A stretch of 64,000 nt of DNA. Source: an uncultured virus (IMG/VR IMGVR_UViG_3300004686_000002). Its lineage: Duplodnaviria; Heunggongvirae; Uroviricota; Caudoviricetes. Below the pieces are notes generated by a model that was given only the letters and a program-made list of their open reading frames with translations, did no database searches and had not been told where the DNA came from. This document shows, in pieces, positions 17,271-27,883 of the stretch (position 1 is the first letter of the stretch; each line of letters opens with the position of its first letter). The stretch covers positions 1-64,000 of IMG/VR virus record IMGVR_UViG_3300004686_000002, one strand, 5' to 3'. Both the position numbers and the translations under genes were made by a program.

Positions 17271-19964
17271 TTAGTTAGCCCATTCCCAGGTTTGCTTGGA
17301 TTTATTCCAAACAGTTTCTTTTTCGAATATTTTCTTACCTTTCCATCTGTCGCTAACCACTAGCTCGCAACCAAGATTATCTCCTGTGGCAATTTTTGTA
17401 TAATCACAGAAAACATATCTAAGAATCTCTGGCAGGTAGTTACCATTCATGAGATCCTTGTGAGCTACCCAGTAATTAGCATCATGAACTACGTTTACTG
17501 GATAAATATATTTCATCCATAAACCTTCGTCTTTCAATATTTTACGCACATTCACAGAGGCTTCCCACATAAACAAAGCTAACTCAGAAGCCACAGGAAA
17601 AGCCAAACTCTCATTCAACCATCCTGCTTTTATACCAAAGTTATCTGTTTTTTCATAGGATAACTGCATGCCTCTTGCGTTAGATATTCTTTCATGTGCA
17701 TTAACCTCTGCATTACAGGCTTCTCTATAAGCCATGTATGTGTCATATCTCTTCCAGGTATCCAAAGCATATTGGATCAGTTCTAGCGGAACCCTCAATC
17801 CGTTTTCTGCATAGATTTCAGCTTGAATAGGTATAGCCGCATAATCCAATCCTGCTGTGTATGAAACCCGGAATGTAATACTCTTGGATATAACGTATTT
17901 AGAAACATCTTTCTTTGATAGTTCAGGATCTTGGAAGTATTCCCTCATTTTTGTTTGATGGAAATTACCTGCCCTGATGTCGCTTATGAATTTAGGATCT
18001 CCACTGAGGAAAGCCATAATCGCCAAGTCTGCACCAGCAATGTCTAGCTCTACCCAATGATAATCTGGATCACCTGAATAAAATATGTTTCTTATATTCG
18101 CCGGTAATTTATCGCTATGTTTCTTCTGCTCTTCTGTGGGCATTAATGAATATCCTGGTACGAAGATATTTGGAATGTGCGCCAACACCTTTGAAGCAGG
18201 ATTCTGCACATTAGGTGAGCTAGAAGATCTGAAGTTTTTTAGTAGCTCGAAGAAGCTAGCATGGATTTTTCCATCACCAGCAATAGCTGCCCAATAACTC
18301 TGTTTAAGTGGTTCGTCTTCATCAGCTTCTTCTCCATCCAACTGCTCAGCTTCGTCTAACGTAACGCCTTTCTTGGATAAGAACTTTGTAGCGAATACAC
18401 CTATCCTAGAAATATTCAACAATAGCTCTACTGCCCTGTGCTTCAGTTTCAGTTCTTCTGAGTCATTCTCTTCCATATCCTCCTCAAGCTCGAACTTGAT
18501 AGTGGACAAGGATTTACCATTAGTTGATGGAGAGAATAATCTTTGAGTCTGAGGTGACTGCTTCTCATACCATACTCTGGGCTTGGGTGATTTGCCTGCC
18601 TTTGTATAATATGCCGGAGTAAGCTTTAGTATGTTAAACATGAAATCCTTCTTCTGTAGAGAAGAGTTTGGATTAAATCCTTTTATACCAAAGTTTTTCT
18701 CCATGAATTCATCCATCTCGGTTCTGAGGCTCTCATACTTTTCAACATATTTATCCGTAATCTCTCTTAAAACTTTCATGTCTATGGGAATGCCTGTGCT
18801 TTCCATATCCAGGAAGTAGTTTGTGAGAGGAAGATAAACCTCGCTGTAGTAACGCCATAAGTGCTTAGGGAAATTACCCCGCATGTTCAGGCATGCCTCT
18901 CTGTGAGAAACAGCGTCACCAGCGCAATAGTCATAGTACACTTCAGGCTCGAAAAACTTCATCTTGGCCAGCGCATTCTTGGGTAACTTATGCTCACGCA
19001 TTTTCCTGTAGAATGGCACATAGTAAGGAGTGTAGTTTGTAAACTTCTTAATGCCGGTATCCAACCCCTTGGATAATCTGGAATCATAGAAAGCCACAGC
19101 CTTCATTCCGTCAAAGCCCATTGTCTCGTCTGCTAGTTTGAAACCTCTATGTGTTAGTCGTAAATCGTCAGCCCTGATGTTCCAGCCCAATCTATCCGCT
19201 TTAGGATGCTCTAGAATGAGCTTCATGGTGTTCAGTAGCTCAAGATTCTCGTGTTCGCCGTCAGGGGCTATGTTAAGAACCACAGCAACATCTTTCTCAC
19301 ACGAGTACTGAAACTCATACATCACCTCATCATCCGTGAATTTACTTCCGTACCACTCAGCGTCATAACCTATAGAGAACATTCCCCTGGATATATAATC
19401 ATTAAGAATAGTTATGTTCTCCTCAGGAGAATTAACTATCTTATATGTGTATTTATCATATTGGAGGTTGTTATCCACAGCCTTCTTAGCCAGCATGAAG
19501 ATATCCTGGAATTCAGGTCTTTTTGTAGGATCCTGCACAGTAACCATACCTGCGGAATAATTTGCAAGTAGCTTACCATAAGGAGAATCTATGATCTCAC
19601 CAACATAGTCTCCCATCTTCATGTTGGTCTTCATCATTCTCTTGAATACCTCCGCACCCAGGCTAATGATAATCTTTGGCTTTATCTCTTCTATTTCCTT
19701 GTCTAACTTTTCACTCCAAAACTCAATGTCTTCTGCCGGGGGTTTGGGTTTGCTACCTATTCCGTTTCTCACCATAGCCGTGAAGTAGCATTCTTCTATA
19801 GGTATTTCCGCTATTTCTATGGCATCTATTACTTCGTTAGCTGAACCTCCCGCCCTACCGAAGTAACCGACCTGTAAATCGTCTTTTGATGGGTGAGAAA
19901 ATACAATCATGTATTTTGCTCCAGGGCCTCCTCTTGGTTTTACTTCTACTTTATTTTCGTTCAC
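17271..19964 (-). CDS. polA: Family A DNA polymerase with N-terminal UDG-like domain (SPO1-type architecture)
   Basis: UDG-4-like N-terminus (EIEEIKPKIIISLGAE), exonuclease YDAE...YCAGD, FNPNS, RSSSSPNVQN, motifs A/B/C (ELD, K...F...Y, VHD). Confidence 0.9.
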   Translation of the reverse strand: MNENKVEVKPRGGPGAKYMIVFSHPSKDDLQVGYFGRAGGSANEVIDAIEIAEIPIEECYFTAMVRNGIGSKPKPPAEDIEFWSEKLDKEIEEIKPKIIISLGAEVFKRMMKTNMKMGDYVGEIIDSPYGKLLANYSAGMVTVQDPTKRPEFQDIFMLAKKAVDNNLQYDKYTYKIVNSPEENITILNDYISRGMFSIGYDAEWYGSKFTDDEVMYEFQYSCEKDVAVVLNIAPDGEHENLELLNTMKLILEHPKADRLGWNIRADDLRLTHRGFKLADETMGFDGMKAVAFYDSRLSKGLDTGIKKFTNYTPYYVPFYRKMREHKLPKNALAKMKFFEPEVYYDYCAGDAVSHREACLNMRGNFPKHLWRYYSEVYLPLTNYFLDMESTGIPIDMKVLREITDKYVEKYESLRTEMDEFMEKNFGIKGFNPNSSLQKKDFMFNILKLTPAYYTKAGKSPKPRVWYEKQSPQTQRLFSPSTNGKSLSTIKFELEEDMEENDSEELKLKHRAVELLLNISRIGVFATKFLSKKGVTLDEAEQLDGEEADEDEPLKQSYWAAIAGDGKIHASFFELLKNFRSSSSPNVQNPASKVLAHIPNIFVPGYSLMPTEEQKKHSDKLPANIRNIFYSGDPDYHWVELDIAGADLAIMAFLSGDPKFISDIRAGNFHQTKMREYFQDPELSKKDVSKYVISKSITFRVSYTAGLDYAAIPIQAEIYAENGLRVPLELIQYALDTWKRYDTYMAYREACNAEVNAHERISNARGMQLSYEKTDNFGIKAGWLNESLAFPVASELALFMWEASVNVRKILKDEGLWMKYIYPVNVVHDANYWVAHKDLMNGNYLPEILRYVFCDYTKIATGDNLGCELVVSDRWKGKKIFEKETVWNKSKQTWEWAN

Positions 19965-19966
19965 TA

Positions 19967-20191
19967 TTATATATGGTTAGCTTGTGGTGGGTCATACTCA
20001 AATCCCAGTTTTGTTCCTTCTGGTAAAATATAACCCACAGATATCAAGAATTTCTCAAAAGCGTCCATCACTTCTATAAGAGAAGCCTCTGGATGTATCT
20101 CTACTGATATTATTGCCGGATTATATGTAGGAGGTGATTTGATAATGAATGTGTGATCTTTTTGTGTAGTCATTTTATAAAAATTTACCAT
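19967..20191 (-). CDS. Small hypothetical protein
   Basis: FEKFL..VGY pattern; lies between helicase and polymerase. Confidence 0.55.
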   Translation of the reverse strand: MVNFYKMTTQKDHTFIIKSPPTYNPAIISVEIHPEASLIEVMDAFEKFLISVGYILPEGTKLGFEYDPPQANHI

Positions 20192-21587
20192 CTGCTGACG
20201 GCAATAGTTGTTGCTTGTCAGGTATGTTATTAAACCTAGATTTATTTTTTTTACCTGTTAGCTTTGGTACTAAATCTATTTCTGTTTGCTCTCTGGCTTC
20301 TCCACCAACATCGGATGTATCAAAACGCATAAATTCCATATTTGCTCTGTGAGGAACAAAGAAGTTCTTTGTGTGTCTGGCCTTGATAGAGAAAATATTA
20401 ACTATCTTGGCATCGGGTCCGTCCTTTCCTATACCTACCACAATATCTGCAGGCTTGATCACTCCCTTGAATCCAGATATCTCTGCGTTTGTAAAGTGGC
20501 CTTTCATCTTTCCAGTGGCCTGGTGAAGCAGCCATACAGAAAACTTATGTTCCCCATTAATCAAGTGGTTTGATAAATCTTCTACCTCGAAAGCTATCTT
20601 TGAGTATTTCTCCCAAGATGCGTCTGTACTTTCAGCGGGCTCCATGTAATCCATCTGGTCTATATAAACAACCTCCGGAATAAATCCTGTTCTTTCTGCA
20701 TACCTGTCCAGATAAGCTCCGATATCTTTGGCGGTCATGGCTATGCCTTTTAAGTTTTCAACTTTCAAATTACGCATAACCTCACGCTCCTCGTCGGTCA
20801 TATCATTCCATTTACTTATTACCTCGGCCTCAGCTACTGCTTTTCCCTGGTGAAGGTCAGAATAGCTCACGCAAAAATAGTTAGAATAGAACCGAGCAAT
20901 GATATGCTCTGCAGGTTCTTCCATAGACAGATACATTACCCTATGCCCTAGCTTACATGTCTCTAATGCAGAATGTACAGCCATTGCCGTTTTGCCTCCA
21001 CCAGAGTAACCCAGGATCATTCCAAACTCTTGAACACCCAGTCCCTTGATTATCGCGTCAATCTCTCTAAACCCGGTAGGGAAAGTTTTTCTCTTTTTAC
21101 CGAACACAGGGCGGTCGAAAGGCGTGAAAGATAATTCCTCTTCGTTGATAGCTGCGTCCTTAAAGTCGAACACCAATGAGTTCAAGCTAGCTGCAATCTT
21201 ATCTGGATCTTTTTCTGCGGTTCTAAGAATCGCCCCAAATCTACGCTGCTTCAACATCTTAGGCAGATGTTCCATGATGTAGTCTGAATTCAGCGGACTG
21301 TCATCATAGATCCATCCGTAGAATTCTCCTATCTGTTCCTCTTGGCCTTTACTTAGTGCCCCTTTGTTCAGATAGCTCTTCAGATTAATAAGCATCAACT
21401 TTTCGTTTATAGGTGCTTCATTGATCTCCAGAGCGATTTGTATAAATGCCTTGTATATATCTATTCCGCCAAAGTCTTCAGGCACGATTTTTAGGTTTTT
21501 AGCCAGGGCAAAAACCTTTGGCTCTCTGATAATATTTTTTATTACCAGTTCAATAAAATCCGCATCATTGTAAATATCGTTATTCAT
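20175..21587 (-). CDS. DnaB-like replicative helicase
   Basis: PTGF..ID, GYSGGGKT, YLSMEE, YIDQMD, LLHQ, KAR arginine finger. Confidence 0.9.
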   Translation of the reverse strand: MNNDIYNDADFIELVIKNIIREPKVFALAKNLKIVPEDFGGIDIYKAFIQIALEINEAPINEKLMLINLKSYLNKGALSKGQEEQIGEFYGWIYDDSPLNSDYIMEHLPKMLKQRRFGAILRTAEKDPDKIAASLNSLVFDFKDAAINEEELSFTPFDRPVFGKKRKTFPTGFREIDAIIKGLGVQEFGMILGYSGGGKTAMAVHSALETCKLGHRVMYLSMEEPAEHIIARFYSNYFCVSYSDLHQGKAVAEAEVISKWNDMTDEEREVMRNLKVENLKGIAMTAKDIGAYLDRYAERTGFIPEVVYIDQMDYMEPAESTDASWEKYSKIAFEVEDLSNHLINGEHKFSVWLLHQATGKMKGHFTNAEISGFKGVIKPADIVVGIGKDGPDAKIVNIFSIKARHTKNFFVPHRANMEFMRFDTSDVGGEAREQTEIDLVPKLTGKKNKSRFNNIPDKQQLLPSADGKFL

Positions 21588-22126
21588 TGTATTCTTTCTA
21601 CGTCTAATTGTTTGGATTTAAGAAACGTTAAGAGCTCGGCCGTCATCTCTTTCCGCGCTGCCTCACTGTAAGCTTCGATTATTTCTTTTACTGGCTCTTT
21701 TGTGGCTAGTATTCTGAACCAGGCATAAAATCTTAGCCTTGGATTTAACAAAGTAGATACGGCATCTCTACCCATCTCCAGCACCATGTGCCTTAGCATC
21801 TCTTTCTGATATTCATACAGTTCCTCTAATGGAACGCTGAAATTTTTACTATAATCTATAGCCACTTGGTTTGCTGAAGTGGATCCAAAATAACTTGGAT
21901 AAAAATTCTCCCTATGCCCATCCAAGCTCTCCAATAGGGCAATAGCATATTGTTCTGGGGTTATTTTGTGCGCCTTACAGAACACAGCGGCTTTCTTAAA
22001 CGCTTTTTCAAATGCAGGAGCAGAATGATAGATATAGTGAGGCTGCACCAAACAACGCAGCCTGATATATTCACTCTCTAGTCTGTCTTTTAAATCTCGC
22101 AATTCAGAATCTTCTACTTCGTCCAT
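21584..22126 (-). CDS. Hypothetical protein between primase and helicase
   Basis: Coupled ORF; a loader role is possible but unsupported. Confidence 0.6.
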   Translation of the reverse strand: MDEVEDSELRDLKDRLESEYIRLRCLVQPHYIYHSAPAFEKAFKKAAVFCKAHKITPEQYAIALLESLDGHRENFYPSYFGSTSANQVAIDYSKNFSVPLEELYEYQKEMLRHMVLEMGRDAVSTLLNPRLRFYAWFRILATKEPVKEIIEAYSEAARKEMTAELLTFLKSKQLDVERIQ

Positions 22127-23031
22127 ATGTCTTTTATGATTTTCTTTAAATCCTCTGTGGTTGCTTCGTCAGGAGAGGAGAATCCATAGTCTCTAGGATC
22201 TACATTAATACACTTCCTGCCGTTAGCATTGAATTCTTCCGCCAACTCTCTGGCCTTTTCCTGTGTTGCATCTTCACCATCAAGCATTATGGTTATTTTT
22301 TTCCATTCCTGTATGAGTTGTTTTTGATTAGAAGATATGCCCTTACCTAATGTAGCCACGGCGTTCATGCACTTGAGAGCTTTTTTTGCCCCCTCTACAA
22401 CTATCACATGGTCGAATTTTTTAGCCACATCATAGTTGAATAGATAATCTCCTTTAGGAAACAGATGGAGGTAACGCATATACTGCAAGCGATCACCGTT
22501 GAATGTTCCAGGAATAAACCTGAGCTGCCATCCCACATATTCTCCTCTGTGTATTATAGGAAAGTGTATGCTCTCTGCTGTGTTTATCTTGAACCCAGAG
22601 TCAAATGATATATTTATTCCTCCTGATTGAGGTATGTATCCTACCCCCAGATAGAAGTAATATTCAAAGTTTGTGAGATGGTCTTTCTTTAAGAATTGCA
22701 CCGCTGGATGATTTTCATCTAGTGATTCAAAGCCCACGATATCTGTGTATGGTGGAGTCTTGGCGTGAGGATAATCTTCTTGCTGATCTACCTCAGAAGA
22801 GGAGAATGATTGAAATTCTAGCGCGTCTCCTTTGAGTAAATCACTAACCTTGAGCATCTGCCCGCAAATAAAGCAATTACTCACTGCCCACCCAGGAGAG
22901 ATGTATCTTTTCATCTTCTTCGAATCCTTGGGATCGCAAGTAGGACAGCATACTCTGTAGCTACCTCCACTCACACCCTTGGCTTTTCCAAACCTGTCTT
23001 TTAGTTTTTTGAGTAAGTAGCTATTTACCAT
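22114..23031 (-). CDS. DnaG-type primase (zinc finger plus TOPRIM)
   Basis: CCPTC...CFIC, LFNYD, VVEG, MLDGED; start at 23031 behind an ACACACAAA leader. Confidence 0.85.
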   Translation of the reverse strand: MVNSYLLKKLKDRFGKAKGVSGGSYRVCCPTCDPKDSKKMKRYISPGWAVSNCFICGQMLKVSDLLKGDALEFQSFSSSEVDQQEDYPHAKTPPYTDIVGFESLDENHPAVQFLKKDHLTNFEYYFYLGVGYIPQSGGINISFDSGFKINTAESIHFPIIHRGEYVGWQLRFIPGTFNGDRLQYMRYLHLFPKGDYLFNYDVAKKFDHVIVVEGAKKALKCMNAVATLGKGISSNQKQLIQEWKKITIMLDGEDATQEKARELAEEFNANGRKCINVDPRDYGFSSPDEATTEDLKKIIKDIWTK

Positions 23032-23095
23032 TTTGTGTGTATTTGATGTGGTGTGATGGAAATTAACCCACCACACCACCATAGTCAAATGAAGT

Positions 23096-24571
23096 TTACC
23101 TGATTTTTTTGATATGCTTGGTTTGATGCCAATCAATATCTTCAATACTATCAACTTCGTTTATTTTCCAGCCTTGCTCCTTGTAATACTGTATTCTTTT
23201 TCTAGCCATTCCGTTAAGCACAGGGTCATGGTCATCCATAAAATCAATCAGGATAAAGTGGGTTTTTTCTGTTAACCCAAACTTATCTATCTGCTCTTGG
23301 GTAAGTATTCTACTGCCTCTCAAAGCTTCCTGAAGTACTTCGACCTTTGATGATCCACCTGCTCCCTGTATCACGACTCTGCAGTTAGGAATATCCACAC
23401 CCGCCCTGAAGGCATCTGTGGCAATTAATCTTTGAAATTCGTTATTAGCGAATTCCAGAGCTATATCTTTTTGCTGCTTGTTTGTTAGTGCAAAAGAGCC
23501 TACTGATTTTTTGCTAGACTCTCTGTGTAAATACTTTGTACCTGGTGGTAAATATTTATATAGGGGAATCAAGTGATCTTTCACATGATCCACAAATATT
23601 ATAGTTTGCCACCCTTCTGGTATCTTAGTACATACCTGCCCAATCAGCTCGTTCCTAACAGCACAGCCCTTGATGCCGTGCTTTATCTTGGTTTCTATAG
23701 ATGAGTATGCCCCAAACACATAGTCTTTGGGCATATTTAACATATACACAACCCCAGGCACAACAGCTCCTGATTCTTCTGCATCTGTGTATGGAAAGTA
23801 AATCAAGTCTTCACCAAACAAACCAACCAATAGCTTATCACTGTTATTGAATAAACCCTCTGTGGTGGCACTAAATCCGAACACACGTTTAGGTCGCAAA
23901 ACCTCCATGCAGTTCTTAAATGTAGGGCTACCCGCGGATTGCATTTCATCAACAAGTAATAATTCACATTTTTCCAGTGAGCAACTCTTGAGGCTTTTGA
24001 ATGTGGTGATTGTTATGTCATTACTAACATCATGCACACCATCACCAACAAGACCTACATGCTTTTCAGGGAAAAATGTTTTAAACTTCTGGTAGGTTTG
24101 TCTAACTACTTCTTTTAACGGAATAGCCAATATTGTGTTTAAGCCATTCCACGCGGCGTAAGTAACTGCGGCAATATGGGTTTTACCAACTCCACCCGCC
24201 GCATTGATTACTCCACTGTCTTGTTCTCCCTTTATTATCAAATCAGCCACCAGCGGTATCTGATAGTCTCTAAGTTTGAACTGTTTTATTCTTTCCCAAT
24301 CCACAGGGGGCAGGGCTGACCGTAGGTCAATCACGTTATATGTGTCATGATTCCTATGAATCAACCCTGTTAATTGATGGAAAAACCCAGGCAACGTGAA
24401 TGCATAACCATCACTATCCAAAGAGTACAGCAGCTTTTCTACAAACACACAGTCGCGTTTGTATTGTATAGTCTGCATTTCTCTATGATGATACTTGAGA
24501 TACTTGGCCATATACGGAGTAAACGGCTTTAGTCTCAACCCACCATCAAACCTGGTTATTTCTATCTGCAT
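23096..24571 (-). CDS. Superfamily 2 DNA helicase (UvsW-like)
   Basis: LRDYQ, GGVGKT, DEMQ, SAT, GVDIP, Q...RG.R. Confidence 0.9.
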   Translation of the reverse strand: MQIEITRFDGGLRLKPFTPYMAKYLKYHHREMQTIQYKRDCVFVEKLLYSLDSDGYAFTLPGFFHQLTGLIHRNHDTYNVIDLRSALPPVDWERIKQFKLRDYQIPLVADLIIKGEQDSGVINAAGGVGKTHIAAVTYAAWNGLNTILAIPLKEVVRQTYQKFKTFFPEKHVGLVGDGVHDVSNDITITTFKSLKSCSLEKCELLLVDEMQSAGSPTFKNCMEVLRPKRVFGFSATTEGLFNNSDKLLVGLFGEDLIYFPYTDAEESGAVVPGVVYMLNMPKDYVFGAYSSIETKIKHGIKGCAVRNELIGQVCTKIPEGWQTIIFVDHVKDHLIPLYKYLPPGTKYLHRESSKKSVGSFALTNKQQKDIALEFANNEFQRLIATDAFRAGVDIPNCRVVIQGAGGSSKVEVLQEALRGSRILTQEQIDKFGLTEKTHFILIDFMDDHDPVLNGMARKRIQYYKEQGWKINEVDSIEDIDWHQTKHIKKIR

Positions 24572-24572
24572 A

Positions 24573-24764
24573 TTAATCCTCTATGATTTCTCTCAAGAAA
24601 CTTTCAATGATGGGGTATATCAATATTCCTCCTAGTCCACCCAGTATAAAATTTATATAGGGCTTATCTAAAAGCAATCCCACATAAATTGCTACGAACA
24701 TAATAACCCTAACCGTAGGGCTTAAGTTATACGTTCTTAGCTTTTGTAGGTTTTTGTGTTCCAC
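24573..24764 (-). CDS. Small membrane protein
   Basis: Two hydrophobic segments. Confidence 0.5.
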   Translation of the reverse strand: MEHKNLQKLRTYNLSPTVRVIMFVAIYVGLLLDKPYINFILGGLGGILIYPIIESFLREIIED

Positions 24765-24950
24765 GGTTTTTGTTTTTTGGCTTGCTGGGATTATTGTTCG
24801 GTTTTGAGCCAGACAATACCCTGTTAGCGGTAGATTGCGCTATATCTGTTAACTTTGTACTTTTGTCTCTGCTGTTCCAAGCATGAAACAATGACGCAGT
24901 CGTGATTATCAAAGAGGCGATGTTTTGTTTTATATTATTTTCTTGTTCAC

Positions 24951-27008
24951 TCATAATTTTACAGTGTTATCCACCACATCTATCAAATCTTCATCGTGGT
25001 CGATTATTATTATTTGTTTTAGCTTACTCATCTCATTCATGTTCTTTATGACTTCAAAATAATTCTTTTTTGACTCTTGAGAAAGATGAACCGATCCCTC
25101 GTCAAATATCATCATAGGGAAAGCCTCTCCGAACATAGAATGCAATGCCAGTCGCAATGCCACACCTATCATAATTTCCTGGCCGCCTGACACAGAAGGT
25201 AACTTTCTACCCTGATCATCAAAAACATCTATTCCGAAATTATCATTAACTTCTGCCCTATACGGGAAATTGAAGTTTCTTAGATTTTCTGAAAGATACT
25301 CTGAAACATTTGAGCTATATGTCTGTATAAGCTTTCTTGGAAATTGAGATGTGGCAAGCATCTCATACAAGTCATTAAGAATACCAACATATTTATTCCT
25401 TGCGGAGTTATGTTTCTTGGTGTTCTCGTTTCTTTCCAGTTCTCCCCTTTTCAGGGAGATCATATTTTCATTATTGGCGAGTTTTATTTGAAGATCTTTG
25501 CTGGTTTCTAATGCTCCGACAATATTATTTATTTTTTGCTGTATATCGTCCTGCTCAACCTCTATCGAGATTTTTACCTGATCATATGCAGGCAAAGTAG
25601 CCTTCTTGATATTTAGGCTAGAGATGCCGGACTCTATAGAAGGCAGAGACTGACTCAGCTTCTGTTTCTCTAAACTCATGGAGTTGTATTGAGAAACTAC
25701 TGCCGAGTATATCTCATAGTCATTTTGATCAAAAGATATACCTTCTAAAGGAGCCAGACCCGCCAATATCTTATCGTTATCAGCTTTCCAACTATCAAAT
25801 AAATTCTTGTTGTACTCTATGTCCTTAATAGTTACCGAAATATCGTTGTATTCTTTCTGGATAACTTGAATCTTGCTATGAATCTCCTCTGCCTTTTCAG
25901 CCATATGAGCGATATACACGCCTATGTCTTTTAATTCCGACCCACAATGTGGGCAATTATCCACGTCTAACAACCCCTTGGACTTATAATTGTCTACCGT
26001 TTGGATAGCGTCATTGTAGTCTTTAGCCAGAACATCATATTCTGTTTTTAGTTTATTCAGATTCTCCCTGAGGGTAGCTAACCTAGCTATTTCTTCTTGC
26101 GGTACTTCTTCGGGTTTTTTGTTATTAGAAGCAACCAAAGAATCCGTTAACTGCTTTTTATTCTCATAGAGCGGTCTAGAGGCTTTCAACTCCTGCAGCT
26201 TTTCAGTTATATCAGAGATGTCCACAGAGTTAAGCTTTGTGTCTATCTTGTTAATTTCTTCGCAAATATCTAGTTTATTATTTTCTAACTCTGCGATTTT
26301 TTCAGAAATTACATTCCTTTCTGCTTCTGCCTGATTACAGGAGTCTAAATATTTTAATCTAGATATCAAGTCTGCATGTGTGCCAGAAAGGTCGGGATCA
26401 AGCGTATCTAACGTCTTTTTAATATCTGCGGAACTTTCTGAAATATCTTTTATTTCCTGCAGTATGGCGGGTTCGTCCAATAGCGGATATTCAGGAGGAG
26501 CGGTTTTGATATATTTATTCCATATTGTGTCTCTTACCTTTGTGGTATTAGGTACTAGAAATATCTTCTGGAATATCTTTTCTTTCACAGAGTTATCACC
26601 AGAGAAAAGCAATGCAATATCGCCCTGTCTGGCCACAACGATATTTTTAAATATATTTTTATCTATTTGGAACAGCTTATCCCATATCTCGGCAACTTCT
26701 CCTGACTTTTTATAGGTGATTCCGTCATATTTAAAGTTAACCTTTGATGTGTCGAGGTGTCTCTCTAACACTGCCTCTTTTCCATCAATCATTATGTTAC
26801 CCATAACATAGCCAGATTCTTCACCTACAGAAAGCATATCACCTTTAAAACCATAACCTTCCCCCGTGAACAGAAAGATTATGGCTTCCACAATACTGGA
26901 TTTGCCTGTGCCGTTATTTCCAACAATCCCAGTTATTCCACTCTTAAAGTCTATCTCTAACTTACGGTGTGTTCTGAAATTTTTAAGTGTTAGTTTTTTA
27001 AGTTCCAT
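24951..27008 (-). CDS. sbcC: SbcC/Rad50/gp46-like SMC ATPase
   Basis: NFRTH, GNNGTGKS, coiled coils with CPHC zinc hook, VSGGQ, FDEG, IIDH. Confidence 0.95.
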   Translation of the reverse strand: MELKKLTLKNFRTHRKLEIDFKSGITGIVGNNGTGKSSIVEAIIFLFTGEGYGFKGDMLSVGEESGYVMGNIMIDGKEAVLERHLDTSKVNFKYDGITYKKSGEVAEIWDKLFQIDKNIFKNIVVARQGDIALLFSGDNSVKEKIFQKIFLVPNTTKVRDTIWNKYIKTAPPEYPLLDEPAILQEIKDISESSADIKKTLDTLDPDLSGTHADLISRLKYLDSCNQAEAERNVISEKIAELENNKLDICEEINKIDTKLNSVDISDITEKLQELKASRPLYENKKQLTDSLVASNNKKPEEVPQEEIARLATLRENLNKLKTEYDVLAKDYNDAIQTVDNYKSKGLLDVDNCPHCGSELKDIGVYIAHMAEKAEEIHSKIQVIQKEYNDISVTIKDIEYNKNLFDSWKADNDKILAGLAPLEGISFDQNDYEIYSAVVSQYNSMSLEKQKLSQSLPSIESGISSLNIKKATLPAYDQVKISIEVEQDDIQQKINNIVGALETSKDLQIKLANNENMISLKRGELERNENTKKHNSARNKYVGILNDLYEMLATSQFPRKLIQTYSSNVSEYLSENLRNFNFPYRAEVNDNFGIDVFDDQGRKLPSVSGGQEIMIGVALRLALHSMFGEAFPMMIFDEGSVHLSQESKKNYFEVIKNMNEMSKLKQIIIIDHDEDLIDVVDNTVKL

Positions 27009-27544
27009 TATGGTAATTCTTCATTCTCTAATCTACCTGATTGCTCCGCATGCCATGGGCATAGTGTTCTAAACCAACCTCCTTGATATACTTTTCCAGG
27101 CTTACCGCAATCCTCACAAGTTCTACCAGACAAGTAGCTTGCATAGTTTTCATATGCGTGGATTGTTGTCCATACCTCGTCGAAGATTTTATCTATTGAA
27201 GATTCTTCGAAAGTGTCGTGATTCTCTGGAGGCGTTGGATATGTAATATCAAAGTACAACCTGAGTGTTCCGAACTTTTCTTTTATCTGTAAAAACTTAA
27301 ATACAGGAGATGGATATTTATCGAATTCCTGATCACCCTTACAGTATTCTGGTTTTAACTTAGCATATCTACGATTGGACTTGAGTGTATTCTGCGTGAG
27401 TTTACAGAAGGTATCTATAATCTCATACCAACCATCACCACATTCACAACCAAATGACATTAGATTTTGTGTGAGTGGTTCGTTTCTACCGCTGAAGAAA
27501 TCAGGGTAGTTTTCAACTAATTTTTGCTCCAGATCTGGGCTCAT
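27008..27544 (-). CDS. Conserved phage protein with C-terminal zinc motif
   Basis: CGDGW, QIKEKFGTLRLY, CEDCGKPG...TLC..H. Confidence 0.7.
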   Translation of the reverse strand: MSPDLEQKLVENYPDFFSGRNEPLTQNLMSFGCECGDGWYEIIDTFCKLTQNTLKSNRRYAKLKPEYCKGDQEFDKYPSPVFKFLQIKEKFGTLRLYFDITYPTPPENHDTFEESSIDKIFDEVWTTIHAYENYASYLSGRTCEDCGKPGKVYQGGWFRTLCPWHAEQSGRLENEELP

Positions 27545-27882
27545 TTTTTACTCTTTTTGGTAGGTTTTGATTCGCTGCTGTTTTGTTTATTGGGGATCTC
27601 TAGTTTTTCTAGCCCCCTGCTAATTACGTCAGCTATAACGTCATTAACGCTCTTATCTTCCTCGCAAGAAATGCGTACAAAGTACTCCAGGACTTCACGA
27701 GGGAATTCCGATAAATCCAATTCTAGTTTAACGTATGGCCTCAAAACAACAGAACCGTCTTCTCTGGTCTCTAGAGTGAATTTTTGCCCTTTCTCCCAGC
27801 CGTAAGTAAGCAATTCCTCTTCATCAAACTGCAGGTATACATCTTTCGATGGTAACAAATTTTTAACTGTGGTGTTTTTCAT
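27541..27882 (-). CDS. AbrB-like/ribbon-helix-helix-like DNA-binding protein
   Basis: L...GWEKGQKF......DGSVVLRP resembles AbrB; DKSVNDVI helix. Confidence 0.5.
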   Translation of the reverse strand: MKNTTVKNLLPSKDVYLQFDEEELLTYGWEKGQKFTLETREDGSVVLRPYVKLELDLSEFPREVLEYFVRISCEEDKSVNDVIADVISRGLEKLEIPNKQNSSESKPTKKSKK

Positions 27883-27883
27883 T

